NCBI GenBank assembly: GCA_900299055.1
Contig: OMII01000052.1
Coordinates: 1 to 41,239 of the forward strand
Source of the DNA: Pseudomonadota bacterium
GTDB taxonomy: Bacteria; Bdellovibrionota_C; UBA2361; OMII01
DNA: 41,239 nt
Direction of reading: 5' to 3'
Below are positions 7,910 through 16,222 of the stretch, one piece after another (within the stretch, counting starts at the first letter, position 1; each line of letters begins with the position of its first letter). Made by a program: the position numbers and the translations under genes. The notes under the pieces are model-generated. The model did not search any database. It was not told where the DNA came from and worked only from the letters and a program-made list of their open reading frames with translations.

Positions 7910-8926
7910 CTAGCGAGATAGCGGCGTTGCCCGTGGCTCTGGATGTGGCACGCCTTCTCGGATCGCCTCCGAGAAGTTCGGGGCGTCGATAAACTTCTTG
8001 GCGCGCTCGTTTACGAGGGACTTGTTCATAATGTCGTCAAACGACATACCTGGCATTAAGGTTTCTGTCTCATAGAGGTAGTCCGGCACGTATCCACTCA
8101 GAAGGATCTTCCAGGTGTAGTTTGCCACGCCCCCAAATGATTTAACCTGGTCAAGTACCTGAGTTGTGCAGTTGGTGGTGAGGGTGTTGTAAAAAGCTGG
8201 GTGCTCCTTGAGCTTGTTGATTCGTCGCACGTATTCCAGGAATAGCTTTCGACCATTCTGAAGTGCCATACGAGTTCTGAGAACATACACGCGCTCCTCG
8301 GGTGCTCGGTGGTTGGTGCGCACACCGATGACATCTCGCTCGTCAGCAACGACGTAGGTTAACTCATAGTTACGAAAGAAGCCGTCCACCGCTGAGTAGG
8401 ACTCGCCGACCTCCTTTCGGGTCTCGATGGAGAAGGCGATGAAGTCACGGTTGTTGAATCCAAAGCTTACCATCAGGTGGGCGATCGGCTTACCGGCCCA
8501 GTACGTGACGATCATGTCGACCTCTGATAGCTCCGAAACATTGAAGGTTCGGGTATCGTACATGGCATCGAAGTCACTCTCTGTTCGGTACTTAAAGTTT
8601 CTTACGTTATAAATGGTCACGAGGTCTCCGTTGACCTCAGCCCATGGGGCGTTTTTTACCTCGGGCACCCACTGTCGATCATTGGACGGGCGAATGCTTG
8701 CCCACAACATCCCGCCCGCGCAAAAGATGCATAACGTAAGAACACGGAGGATAAGCCGCTGCTTCCATCGAAAAAGAGAGAGGATGAGAACCACTGCCGT
8801 AACACCCGCCGCGGGAGCTCTGAAAGCGCTTGGCAACGCCGGAGATAGGTATAGGGTCAGCGTTATCCACGACCCGATGGAGACGACAAGAAGGAGCCAA
8901 AACGACTGAGCGATGAATCTCTTCAT
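7910..8926 (-). CDS. DUF4105 (Lnb N-terminal periplasmic domain) membrane protein
   Basis: Three or four N-terminal TM segments, then RPSNDRQW...VTIYNVRNFKY...VSFGF...FSIETRKE...YELTYVVADERDV...YNTLTTNCTTQV, the characteristic DUF4105 pattern. It starts 2 nt after the stop of the upstream hydrolase gene. Confidence 0.75.
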   Translation of the reverse strand: MKRFIAQSFWLLLVVSIGSWITLTLYLSPALPSAFRAPAAGVTAVVLILSLFRWKQRLILRVLTLCIFCAGGMLWASIRPSNDRQWVPEVKNAPWAEVNGDLVTIYNVRNFKYRTESDFDAMYDTRTFNVSELSEVDMIVTYWAGKPIAHLMVSFGFNNRDFIAFSIETRKEVGESYSAVDGFFRNYELTYVVADERDVIGVRTNHRAPEERVYVLRTRMALQNGRKLFLEYVRRINKLKEHPAFYNTLTTNCTTQVLDQVKSFGGVANYTWKILLSGYVPDYLYETETLMPGMSFDDIMNKSLVNERAKKFIDAPNFSEAIREGVPHPEPRATPLSR

Positions 8927-8928
8927 GC

Positions 8929-10833
8929 TTACTGCCTCGTTGTGACCACTGGCTTACTCGGCGTCTTCGGAGCTGGCTCGACATGAAGCCGAAGGATACG
9001 CCGAATCTCAAGAAGCGCTTGAGGATGCGCGTGCGCGGTATGATCGGCGGGAACGATGAGTTCCGATTGAGCTCCGTCGAGGTGCGAACTGTTGTACGCG
9101 ACTACGCCGTCTGAGCTGTTCGGCGTATTTCCGAGACCCTGATCTCCGATGATGGAGTGAAACGGTATCTTTGGAGATATCGTGGTTCGCGAGAGTCCCT
9201 GCAACGCGGGGCTCTTCTCTGAGAGTCCACTGATGCTCGATGCCTGACCGGAGTCGAACGCGGTCTGGAGATCGGGGCGCAAAACATTTCTCGCTTCTCG
9301 CGCCACTTGCACAGTTCGTTGTACGACCTTCTTGGGCAATGTCAGAAGCCATCGACCGATGCTTCCGATCCAGTTGTCAGCGATGGAGCTGCCGCGATGT
9401 GGTACCGCTACAAACACCACACGGTCGATATATGGCTTTGGTTTGAAATCGAGGTAGGAGCGCACGGCATCAGCGGTGTCTTTGCTCAGCTTTGATAAGC
9501 GCTTCGGATCTTCAACGAAATACTCCATGAGCGGCTTGCTATCGACTACGGCGCTGCGCGTCAGGAGTCCTCCCATGCTGTGCCCGATGATAACCATGCC
9601 TTTTGCCTTAGAGCCGTTGTGCTGATGCGCCGTGAGGTACTCTTCGAGCTGATCGAGTTTCTCTCGGAAGGTCTTGGCGTTTTCAAGGATAGGAAGGTTG
9701 GTGGGATAGAGATAGTGCCACACCTTGAAGTGCCTTCTGATAATGGGGTCTCCCATCAGCTCGTTGTGAACATCGAGCCATGTGAGTGGGTTAGAAAACA
9801 ACCCATGAACGGTTATGAGTGGGATTTTGCCCGCGTCGTAGGGTTCGAGCGTGTAGAAACCTGTGTTCTTGAGAAGTTCCTCGTTGCCTTGGATGGCGTC
9901 AAAGAGTCCATCCCAGCCGCTCATACCTGTCTTGTGAACGACCGCGGCGAGTGGCGCGGTAAAATCAGCGGCGAGAGGCAGGGGTCCCTTAGGGGTGTTG
10001 TAGACCTCAGTAGTGACTGAATTGATGAGCTCGAAGTTTGCTCTACATTGTTGCCCCGCGCACCCTTTGTCTGGGAAGCGCAGCACCGCGGTGAGAGGCA
10101 GGCAGGTGCCGACCCGGGGTAAGTACTCCTCGAGCCCATCGCTGTCTCGTCGCTTTCGACACGCGACGAGTCCTACACCAATTCCCTCTCGTCGATGCCG
10201 ATTCGTCAGCCCTTCGAGACCGATGGCAGACGCCGCTTCGATAGAGTTGTACTCGGTGGGGTTCTCGACATTAGCGCCCTCCGAAATCTCAAGGGTAAAC
10301 GATCGGCCTACGCCCGTCACAAACTGAGGGAGGTTATCATCGTTCCACGTTCGCTTTGATAAGTAGGCGATAATTCCTCGCACTGAGCGATCGTAGAATA
10401 CCTTGAAGCTGTCGCATCGAACGTTAACGGGAGTGGAGCACTCTTTGAGGAGGAACCCTTGGAAAGCGAGGTCCGCGGCGTACAGGTAGAGGGCAACGGC
10501 CTTCTCCGGGTCGCGCTTTTCAAGCAGCTGGGCGCGCCCGATGGCGATCTCGCTCTCGATGTACGCGCGATCGAGTGGATCCGCGAACTGCTCGAACTGC
10601 TTCGCGACGTTCGCGTCGACACCGTTCTCGAGCACCTCATCTTGGGTTAGTCCTGCCATTCGTACAGCCTGAATAGAGACCGGGCTAAGCTTGTTGGAGG
10701 AGATAATATCCTGTCGGAACTCGCGGAGGGTGTCTGCGGGGTCGACCACTCGCAGCCGCACGGCAGAGCAGGCGGTCAAAGACGCGATCAGCGTCGATAG
10801 TAAAACTTTTGATGCGCGCATAAAGAACCCCAT
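8929..10833 (-). CDS. alpha/beta-hydrolase (lipase/esterase-like) lipoprotein
   Basis: Lipobox LIASLTAC near the N-terminus. Oxyanion-type ITVHGLFSNPLTW and nucleophile elbow IIGHSMGG. The C-terminal D and H candidates (SSDGVV, ADHTAH) are consistent with a Ser-Asp-His triad. An alternative start at 10821 (MRASKVLL) is possible. Confidence 0.7.
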   Translation of the reverse strand: MGFFMRASKVLLSTLIASLTACSAVRLRVVDPADTLREFRQDIISSNKLSPVSIQAVRMAGLTQDEVLENGVDANVAKQFEQFADPLDRAYIESEIAIGRAQLLEKRDPEKAVALYLYAADLAFQGFLLKECSTPVNVRCDSFKVFYDRSVRGIIAYLSKRTWNDDNLPQFVTGVGRSFTLEISEGANVENPTEYNSIEAASAIGLEGLTNRHRREGIGVGLVACRKRRDSDGLEEYLPRVGTCLPLTAVLRFPDKGCAGQQCRANFELINSVTTEVYNTPKGPLPLAADFTAPLAAVVHKTGMSGWDGLFDAIQGNEELLKNTGFYTLEPYDAGKIPLITVHGLFSNPLTWLDVHNELMGDPIIRRHFKVWHYLYPTNLPILENAKTFREKLDQLEEYLTAHQHNGSKAKGMVIIGHSMGGLLTRSAVVDSKPLMEYFVEDPKRLSKLSKDTADAVRSYLDFKPKPYIDRVVFVAVPHRGSSIADNWIGSIGRWLLTLPKKVVQRTVQVAREARNVLRPDLQTAFDSGQASSISGLSEKSPALQGLSRTTISPKIPFHSIIGDQGLGNTPNSSDGVVAYNSSHLDGAQSELIVPADHTAHAHPQALLEIRRILRLHVEPAPKTPSKPVVTTRQ

Positions 10834-11239
10834 ACATGTGCGGTTACATAGTAGGGAGGGTACCCGTCAAAGGGGGGTTTGGCTAGGTGGAGAGGTGTTA
10901 CGATCGCGCGCCAACCAATCGGTGACGCTAGGTGGTGTTTTTATCGCGATTGGGGCGGGGCAAATCGATGACTTCTTAAGCAGCCGAACAGTGGGTGGTG
11001 TCCGGTGATGGCTCAGCCGAGAGAGCTCAGAGTAGGGTAACTATGCGAGGTTAATGTCGCCACGCCATGTTTCCGTGAGTCCAAGCGCAATGGGCAGGAG
11101 CGACCCAAGTCGTGAAAGGTATCATTTCACCTACACTCCACCGGCTCCGTCACAGAGGTAGCGGGCCTAGAAGTCAAAATACCCCCTATTTACAGGATGC
11201 CTTGCGGTATTCGATGTCAGGTGGCATACCCCATAGCAT

Positions 11240-11926
11240 ATGGTCATTCAGGCAATGCCGAGCTCAGCACCACGAATCAGCTTGGCCCAACGCGTATACT
11301 GCTCTGTGAAGATCTCTCTTGCTCTCACAGCATACATTCTTGGCCTCCTCCTCGCTGCGGCATCAGATATATCAGCACAGCAGACCTACGAGCCCCCTAA
11401 TTCGTCACAAGAACAGATCATGGGGCCCAAAAGGAGGCCCGATTCTAAACCAGTCTGTCACGACTCTCTTCGCTATCGAGTAGTGAGTGTCTTGAGAGAT
11501 GAGGAGGTTGGGACTGATTTTTTAATCAAGTACAAAACCTCCGCATCACCAAAGCCGAAATGCGAATACCTCGCTAGTCCTGGGGATTTTGAGCTCCCAA
11601 GTGAATGGGCAGCCTACTTCCTTGGGCTGCAGGGCGATCTGCTTATTCTCGACAGCGGCACGGCGCCCGATCCTCGCGGTTTGATCATTTGGGATCTAAA
11701 AAAACGGGAGCGAGTGTACCAAGGAACCTACGCCGAGCATAAACTTCACAAGGGATACATGGAGTTCTGGTTAGAGACTGGAGCAGCAACACCAGAGAAC
11801 TGCCACGAGTACCAACGATATCAGGCTTCCGGATTCGGCGCCGCGATTGATACCTGGGTGCGACTTGATTTTGCAAGTTTGCAGATTAAGAGGAGCTCTA
11901 AAAAGCGCTGCAGCTTGCGTCAATAG
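11240..11926 (+). CDS. hypothetical secreted protein
   Basis: ORF with signal-peptide-like (V/M)KISLALTAYILGLLLAAASDISAQ. The start is ambiguous (ATG 11240 or 11255, or GTG 11306). 4 Cys. No recognised motif. Confidence 0.45.
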   Translation: MVIQAMPSSAPRISLAQRVYCSVKISLALTAYILGLLLAAASDISAQQTYEPPNSSQEQIMGPKRRPDSKPVCHDSLRYRVVSVLRDEEVGTDFLIKYKTSASPKPKCEYLASPGDFELPSEWAAYFLGLQGDLLILDSGTAPDPRGLIIWDLKKRERVYQGTYAEHKLHKGYMEFWLETGAATPENCHEYQRYQASGFGAAIDTWVRLDFASLQIKRSSKKRCSLRQ

Positions 11927-12106
11927 GCGTGTCCTCACGAGATAAGATAATGCGTTTTCTTTATAAGGACAGAGTGAGATGTTTTCAGAGTGGGTGGCAA
12001 CGGAGGGAGTGGTTTTCACTAGCATCGCATTGAAGGAGGGCGATGAGGCGTAGCTGAGGCTTCCTTGGCTGCCATGAGCACGGTACTGCCATTTCGATAC
12101 GTGCTT

Positions 12107-12132
12107 GCTCCCGGGATGGGAGCCCGATTTTT
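12107..12132 (+). terminator. possible intrinsic terminator
   Basis: GCTCCC-gggat-GGGAGC followed by ccgaTTTTT. It lies ~180 nt downstream of the 11926 stop, so assignment to that gene is uncertain. Confidence 0.35.
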
Positions 12133-12212
12133 GACTACGGGACGGGGCGTTTGTACGAGGCACCGTCAGTGAGTATGGTCCCGATTAACGCTACCTTTCA
12201 AAGGAGCAGGGT

Positions 12213-13238
12213 ATGCATAGAAACACCGCCTCCACTAAATCACACATCGCTCTCGCAGCGCTTTCACTCGTAGCTCCTACTACGGCCTCTTGGGCGCAGG
12301 AGGTTTCGCCCTTTGAAGAGGTTACGGTGCCTGGGGTGAAAGCTCAGCTTGAGAGCTCTCCGAACCGTGTATGGGAAGGGGAGTTGCCGGAGCGGGTGAG
12401 GGATCTCGCCATCGCACGTGGCCTCGATACCGCGATCATTAAGTACGAGGATAAAAAATGGTTGGTGTGCACCGATTCAAGTTGTACCTTGCTCGCTGAC
12501 GCTACGAGGGAAGAAATTGCTCGCTACGAAAAACCGACAACGCTCGATGGGTTGCGCACCGGAGACACGCTCACGATTATAGGGCACAAATACCGCAGCC
12601 ATATTGTCGAATCGGAGAAGGACTACGGAATACCAGGGTTGGGGAACTTTAGCAGACGACTCGATGGCACCGTGACATTTACCCCGGCTCAGGATTTTAC
12701 GGGAAGTGTAACCCTCGGCAAGCGAGCGCAGGGCACTGCGCCGAAGGCTAGTGGGGCTGAGGTGTTTAGTGCTGAATACGGCCAGCAGGTCCTGCGGGAT
12801 GTGAGACAGCGCATCCTCACTGAGCGCGATACTACCTTTGTGTTGGTTATCTCAGTGCCGAGCCAGTGCCCACCGTGTCGTCAGTACAAGGGTGACATCG
12901 CTCAAGCAGCACAAGAGAAGCTGGACGACCAAAAAGAAGCCTTCATCACCATCAATTTTCACAGCTTTGATGAGGCTAGTGCGGTAGCTGGCGATATTCG
13001 ACTCTTCCCCACCTCAATTGTATTCCCCGCGATGGACAAAGGGGACGACGCCCCTTTTGCGGAGCTATCTAACTGGGAACAGTTGCCGTTCCTGAAAGCC
13101 GTTGGCGAGCGACCGGGATTTCTTGTAGAGGGGCGAAAGTTGGCAGGAGCTCTGCGTAGCATCATGACGGAGGCCCGTAAGGTTTCTGCAGGTGTTCGTG
13201 GCATCAAGAGCACCATGAGCGATCTTCTAAGCAAGTAG
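12213..13238 (+). CDS. secreted protein with C-terminal thioredoxin-like (CPPC) domain
   Basis: AGGAG SD. Signal peptide ...ALAALSLVAPTTASWAQ. The C-terminal FVLVISVPSQCPPCRQYK (CxxC) plus the downstream cis-Pro-like LFPTSIVFP are typical of a thioredoxin fold. The N-terminal ~200 aa are unassigned. Confidence 0.6.
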   Translation: MHRNTASTKSHIALAALSLVAPTTASWAQEVSPFEEVTVPGVKAQLESSPNRVWEGELPERVRDLAIARGLDTAIIKYEDKKWLVCTDSSCTLLADATREEIARYEKPTTLDGLRTGDTLTIIGHKYRSHIVESEKDYGIPGLGNFSRRLDGTVTFTPAQDFTGSVTLGKRAQGTAPKASGAEVFSAEYGQQVLRDVRQRILTERDTTFVLVISVPSQCPPCRQYKGDIAQAAQEKLDDQKEAFITINFHSFDEASAVAGDIRLFPTSIVFPAMDKGDDAPFAELSNWEQLPFLKAVGERPGFLVEGRKLAGALRSIMTEARKVSAGVRGIKSTMSDLLSK

Positions 13239-13395
13239 ATGCGTGAATCCCCAGGCCTGGGGGAAAGGGATTCTTTGCAGTCCTTTGCCGGCAGTTTTTT
13301 CGACATATGATAACTGATTTCGTAGGTAGCTAGGAAAGAGGTGTAGCGCACCGTGGTACTGCCCAGATCTGGCTGCCTGTCGCCGCAGTGCGAGA

Positions 13396-14256
13396 TTAAG
13401 GTTGCTCGCGTGCGACTACTCGCTCAAAGATATTCATTTTTAGGCGGAGTTGTTCGGCTGGAATTGAAAGCAGTGCGTTTTCGAGGCGAAGGGCCATGGT
13501 CTGCTCCACGTGCTGGATAAACCCTTCTCCCTGATCCGTAAGGCACACGGCAGTTGCTCGCTTATCGTCTGGATTCTTCCGTGAGGTAGTGAATCCTCTT
13601 TTGGAGAGTCGATTGCATATAGTTGTGGTAGTGCTCAGGAAAAGCCCCAGTTCTGCCGCAATCTCCGAAATGCTTTTCCGTTCGCCAGTCTCCTTTATCT
13701 TAGTTAGAACTTGCCACTCTGGGGAGCCAAGCTTTGCTCCCATAAAATCGGCGTGTATGAGGCGCAACGCTCGGGTTGCTCTTCGAAGTTGATGCCGGAC
13801 TAAATGTTCTTCGCTCCTAGAATTGCACGGTGGGGTGCCCATCCCGTCGGCGATTTCCCCGAAAAAGTGAGCAAGTGATATTTGGTCGCTTTTATCAAGA
13901 GGGCTAAGAACTGCCTCTAAGTGAGCGTCTACGGTACGATCGCTTTGTTGTAAAAAATCCGCTCCCCGCTTCGTAACTTTGAGCAAGCGGAGTCTGCCGT
14001 CAATTTTTGATGTAGATATTGAAACCAAGCGTCTTTTTGCCAGTGAGCCTATAAGGGTGGCGACAGAGGTGCGTGGCATCTCCAATATAGCTGCAAGTGA
14101 CCCTATATCGACTCCTGAGTGTGCTTGAATTTCGATGAGTGCATGAGAAGCGGCTAGAGATAAATTCTCCTTGGGGTCGAGGACGATGAATCTATTAAGA
14201 TTCTGAAACTCTCGAAATAGCTCGAGGACTCTCTGGCCTGTTCGCGCTGACACCAT
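13396..14256 (-). CDS. MarR-family transcriptional regulator with two tandem winged-helix domains (single-chain pseudo-dimer)
   Basis: Two MarR-like units in one 286-aa chain. Unit 1: LSLAASHALIEIQAHSGVDIGSLAAILEMPRTSVATLIGSLAKRRLVSISTSKIDGRLRLLKVTKRGADFL. Unit 2: PEWQVLTKIKETGERKSISEIAAELGLFLSTTTTICNRLSKRGFTTSRKNPDDKRATAVCLTDQGEGFI. Confidence 0.75.
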   Translation of the reverse strand: MVSARTGQRVLELFREFQNLNRFIVLDPKENLSLAASHALIEIQAHSGVDIGSLAAILEMPRTSVATLIGSLAKRRLVSISTSKIDGRLRLLKVTKRGADFLQQSDRTVDAHLEAVLSPLDKSDQISLAHFFGEIADGMGTPPCNSRSEEHLVRHQLRRATRALRLIHADFMGAKLGSPEWQVLTKIKETGERKSISEIAAELGLFLSTTTTICNRLSKRGFTTSRKNPDDKRATAVCLTDQGEGFIQHVEQTMALRLENALLSIPAEQLRLKMNIFERVVAREQP

Positions 14257-14326
14257 ACACTCTCGGATTATGGACTATGACCTGCCCCTGGTAGACAGTA
14301 TCACACAAGGGCTATCCTGGTCACAC

Positions 14327-15796
14327 CTACCTAACTATCCTGTGGAGCCTTTCAGGGTCGCGCTGGTTGCCTGGCATTGGTATGTTCAGTGCGTTCCATT
14401 GAGTTGGTTTGCCAGAAGGCGAGATGCTTTCGGTGGAAAATGTATCATCAATCTGCCCTGAGAATTTTTCGTACGAACGCTTCGCGCGATCATTTGTGTG
14501 CTCAACTTCTCCCAAAACCTTATCAGCGCCGGTCGACTGAAGGGTTAAAAGAGTGGCGTTCATCACAGTCTCGAACACTCCAGAACCTAGTGCGGACGGG
14601 GCAACCAATACCTGAACCAACCCAGCGTTCCTGGTGTTGGGATAATGAGCGTCGAGGTCACTGAAATCCTCGGTGAGCTTTCCAGGGGGAAGAAAGAATG
14701 CCAGTCCAACTAACTGGCCTTGTCGGTGGCAGAGAATGGCTTGGCAACCATCACGGATGTCTCTGCTCACTAGCTGTGGTGACACATCAGCGATGACTCC
14801 ACCGTATTCGCGGATTGCGGGGTCACCAGGCTCGCGATGGTGAAGCATAATCGTGCGGCTGATCTCATTTGCCATATCGTGGAACAAAAAATCGAGACGT
14901 GAAATTTTAAGTGGCGAAGAGGCAAGGGGTTCAGACTGGAGTTGGATCGCCAGGCCTTCGATGAATGACTCGCTTTTCCAAAGTTCCCGAAACGCGGCTT
15001 TAATATTTTGTCCGGAGGCTTCAGGTAGTGAGCGGTATTGTCGGGCACTATGGGGCACGAGCAGCCACGGAGATGACTCCAGGGCAGCAAGTCCGCTATC
15101 CGCGTGCACTAAAGGGGAAGTGGGCTTCTTTTGAAGCTCGGGGTGCCACCTTGCCATCGTCGCCCAAGCGGACTGAAAGCCCTGTGAGGATTGCGGCAAG
15201 GGGTTGTAGTCTAAGTCTACTATCGAGTCATGCCACGGTGTAAGAGATTCGATCTCCGTCATTAGCCTCTGACTCACGAAGTAGCTCTGGCGCAGGTGGT
15301 CGTGTATCTCTGAAAGCTGCTCGCTGGCGAGGGGGTCACCACTTCGGATTCGATGCGTAAGAGGCGCAGTGCACTGGATAGCTCTTTCAGCAAGCAAGTT
15401 GAGGGCAGCAGACAGATCTTCTTGTAGCAGACGGCACAGTCTGTTGTGCCTGTCGCTCTGAATGCTTGTTGGATACGACGTGGGCACACCGAGCTCGTCT
15501 AACGGTATACATGCTAGATCGGACAGGTCTATCCTAGGCCCCCGTGGTCCTGTTGGACCGCCCGATGCGAGTTGCATTTCGTCCTTGATGTTTTCACGCG
15601 CGCTTGCTGGAGGAATCGTCAGCTTCGACAGGTCTATCGGTGGCCCCTGTGGTCTTGTTGGTCCGGCCACTGCAGGTGTGCCCTGAGTGGGATTTTCAGC
15701 TACTTCTGCTCGAGGGTGCGTCAGCTCCGACAGGTCTATCGTTAGCCCCTGGAGATCGGCCTGTCCCGCCGGTGGTAGCAGCGTGTCGTTAGTCAT
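14327..15796 (-). CDS. repeat-containing protein with C-terminal GNAT acetyltransferase-like domain
   Basis: N-terminus has three ~35-aa repeats: GLTIDLSELTHP, GPTRPQGPPIDLSKLTIPP and GPTGPRGPRIDLSDLACIP. At DNA level GACAGGTCTATC recurs at 15522, 15627 and 15729. C-terminus is GNAT-like: LVGLAFFL..., VQVLVAPSALGSGVFETVMNATL (motif A-like) and NDRAKRSYEKFSG. The middle ~250 aa are unassigned. Confidence 0.6.
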   Translation of the reverse strand: MTNDTLLPPAGQADLQGLTIDLSELTHPRAEVAENPTQGTPAVAGPTRPQGPPIDLSKLTIPPASARENIKDEMQLASGGPTGPRGPRIDLSDLACIPLDELGVPTSYPTSIQSDRHNRLCRLLQEDLSAALNLLAERAIQCTAPLTHRIRSGDPLASEQLSEIHDHLRQSYFVSQRLMTEIESLTPWHDSIVDLDYNPLPQSSQGFQSAWATMARWHPELQKKPTSPLVHADSGLAALESSPWLLVPHSARQYRSLPEASGQNIKAAFRELWKSESFIEGLAIQLQSEPLASSPLKISRLDFLFHDMANEISRTIMLHHREPGDPAIREYGGVIADVSPQLVSRDIRDGCQAILCHRQGQLVGLAFFLPPGKLTEDFSDLDAHYPNTRNAGLVQVLVAPSALGSGVFETVMNATLLTLQSTGADKVLGEVEHTNDRAKRSYEKFSGQIDDTFSTESISPSGKPTQWNALNIPMPGNQRDPERLHRIVR

Positions 15797-15861
15797 AATT
15801 CTATCCCGTCATCCTCTTATCTGCCGGGCGGGCTAAGTTGCAGCAGGTGAAGTGTAGATAC

Positions 15862-15874
15862 AACGTAATGCGTT
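15862..15874. promoter_or_regulatory. 13-bp near-palindrome AACGTAATGCGTT, site 1 (candidate operator)
   Basis: Exact 13-mer repeated 112 bp away (15974-15986), within the AT-richer divergent intergenic region 15797-15979. 5 of 6 arm positions are self-complementary. Confidence 0.45.
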
Positions 15875-15973
15875 AGAAAAATCTCTAGTAGGTTGTAACC
15901 CATTGAAATAGCTCTTTTATAGCCTGTCGTTTTATTTGATTAGCGTATAGCTGCATGGTATTTTTCCTAATGT

Positions 15974-15986
15974 AACGTAATGCGTT
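15974..15986. promoter_or_regulatory. 13-bp near-palindrome AACGTAATGCGTT, site 2 (candidate operator)
   Basis: Identical to 15862-15874. It overlaps the ATG at 15980 of the longest version of the small ORF. Confidence 0.45.
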
Positions 15987-16057
15987 GCATTCTACCGGCG
16001 AGTTTCGCTGGTCGAGAGGGCGGTAGTCGAGTACGCGAAGTAGGGAGCAAGAAACTC

Positions 16058-16222
16058 ATGAGTAGCGACGTTAATGAGAACGAGATTGTCGTGCGGGAGC
16101 GAGCGGCTCTCCAGATGGCATTTGAAGTCCTCTTGCGAGGTGACCTGCTGAGCGATGTCGAGAAGGACGTACTGGTGAGAGAGATACTAAAAATTGTTTG
16201 TACACGAAATGGGGAGGCTTAG
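16058..16222 (+). CDS. small hypothetical protein (54 aa; 80 aa if started at 15980)
   Basis: ATG at 16058 with GGGAG 10 nt upstream. Helical-looking acidic sequence: MSSDVNENEIVVRERAALQMAFEVLLRGDLLSDVEKDVLVREILKIV. Its TAG stop directly abuts the next gene's ATG (TAGATG), suggesting coupling. No family recognised. Confidence 0.4.
   Translation: MSSDVNENEIVVRERAALQMAFEVLLRGDLLSDVEKDVLVREILKIVCTRNGEA

Noticed and set aside
8098-10640. Numerous nested 60-146-aa ORFs on both strands within the DUF4105 and hydrolase genes
   Set aside because: They are shadow ORFs of long, motif-supported genes, with biased Arg/Ser/Pro composition and no independent evidence.
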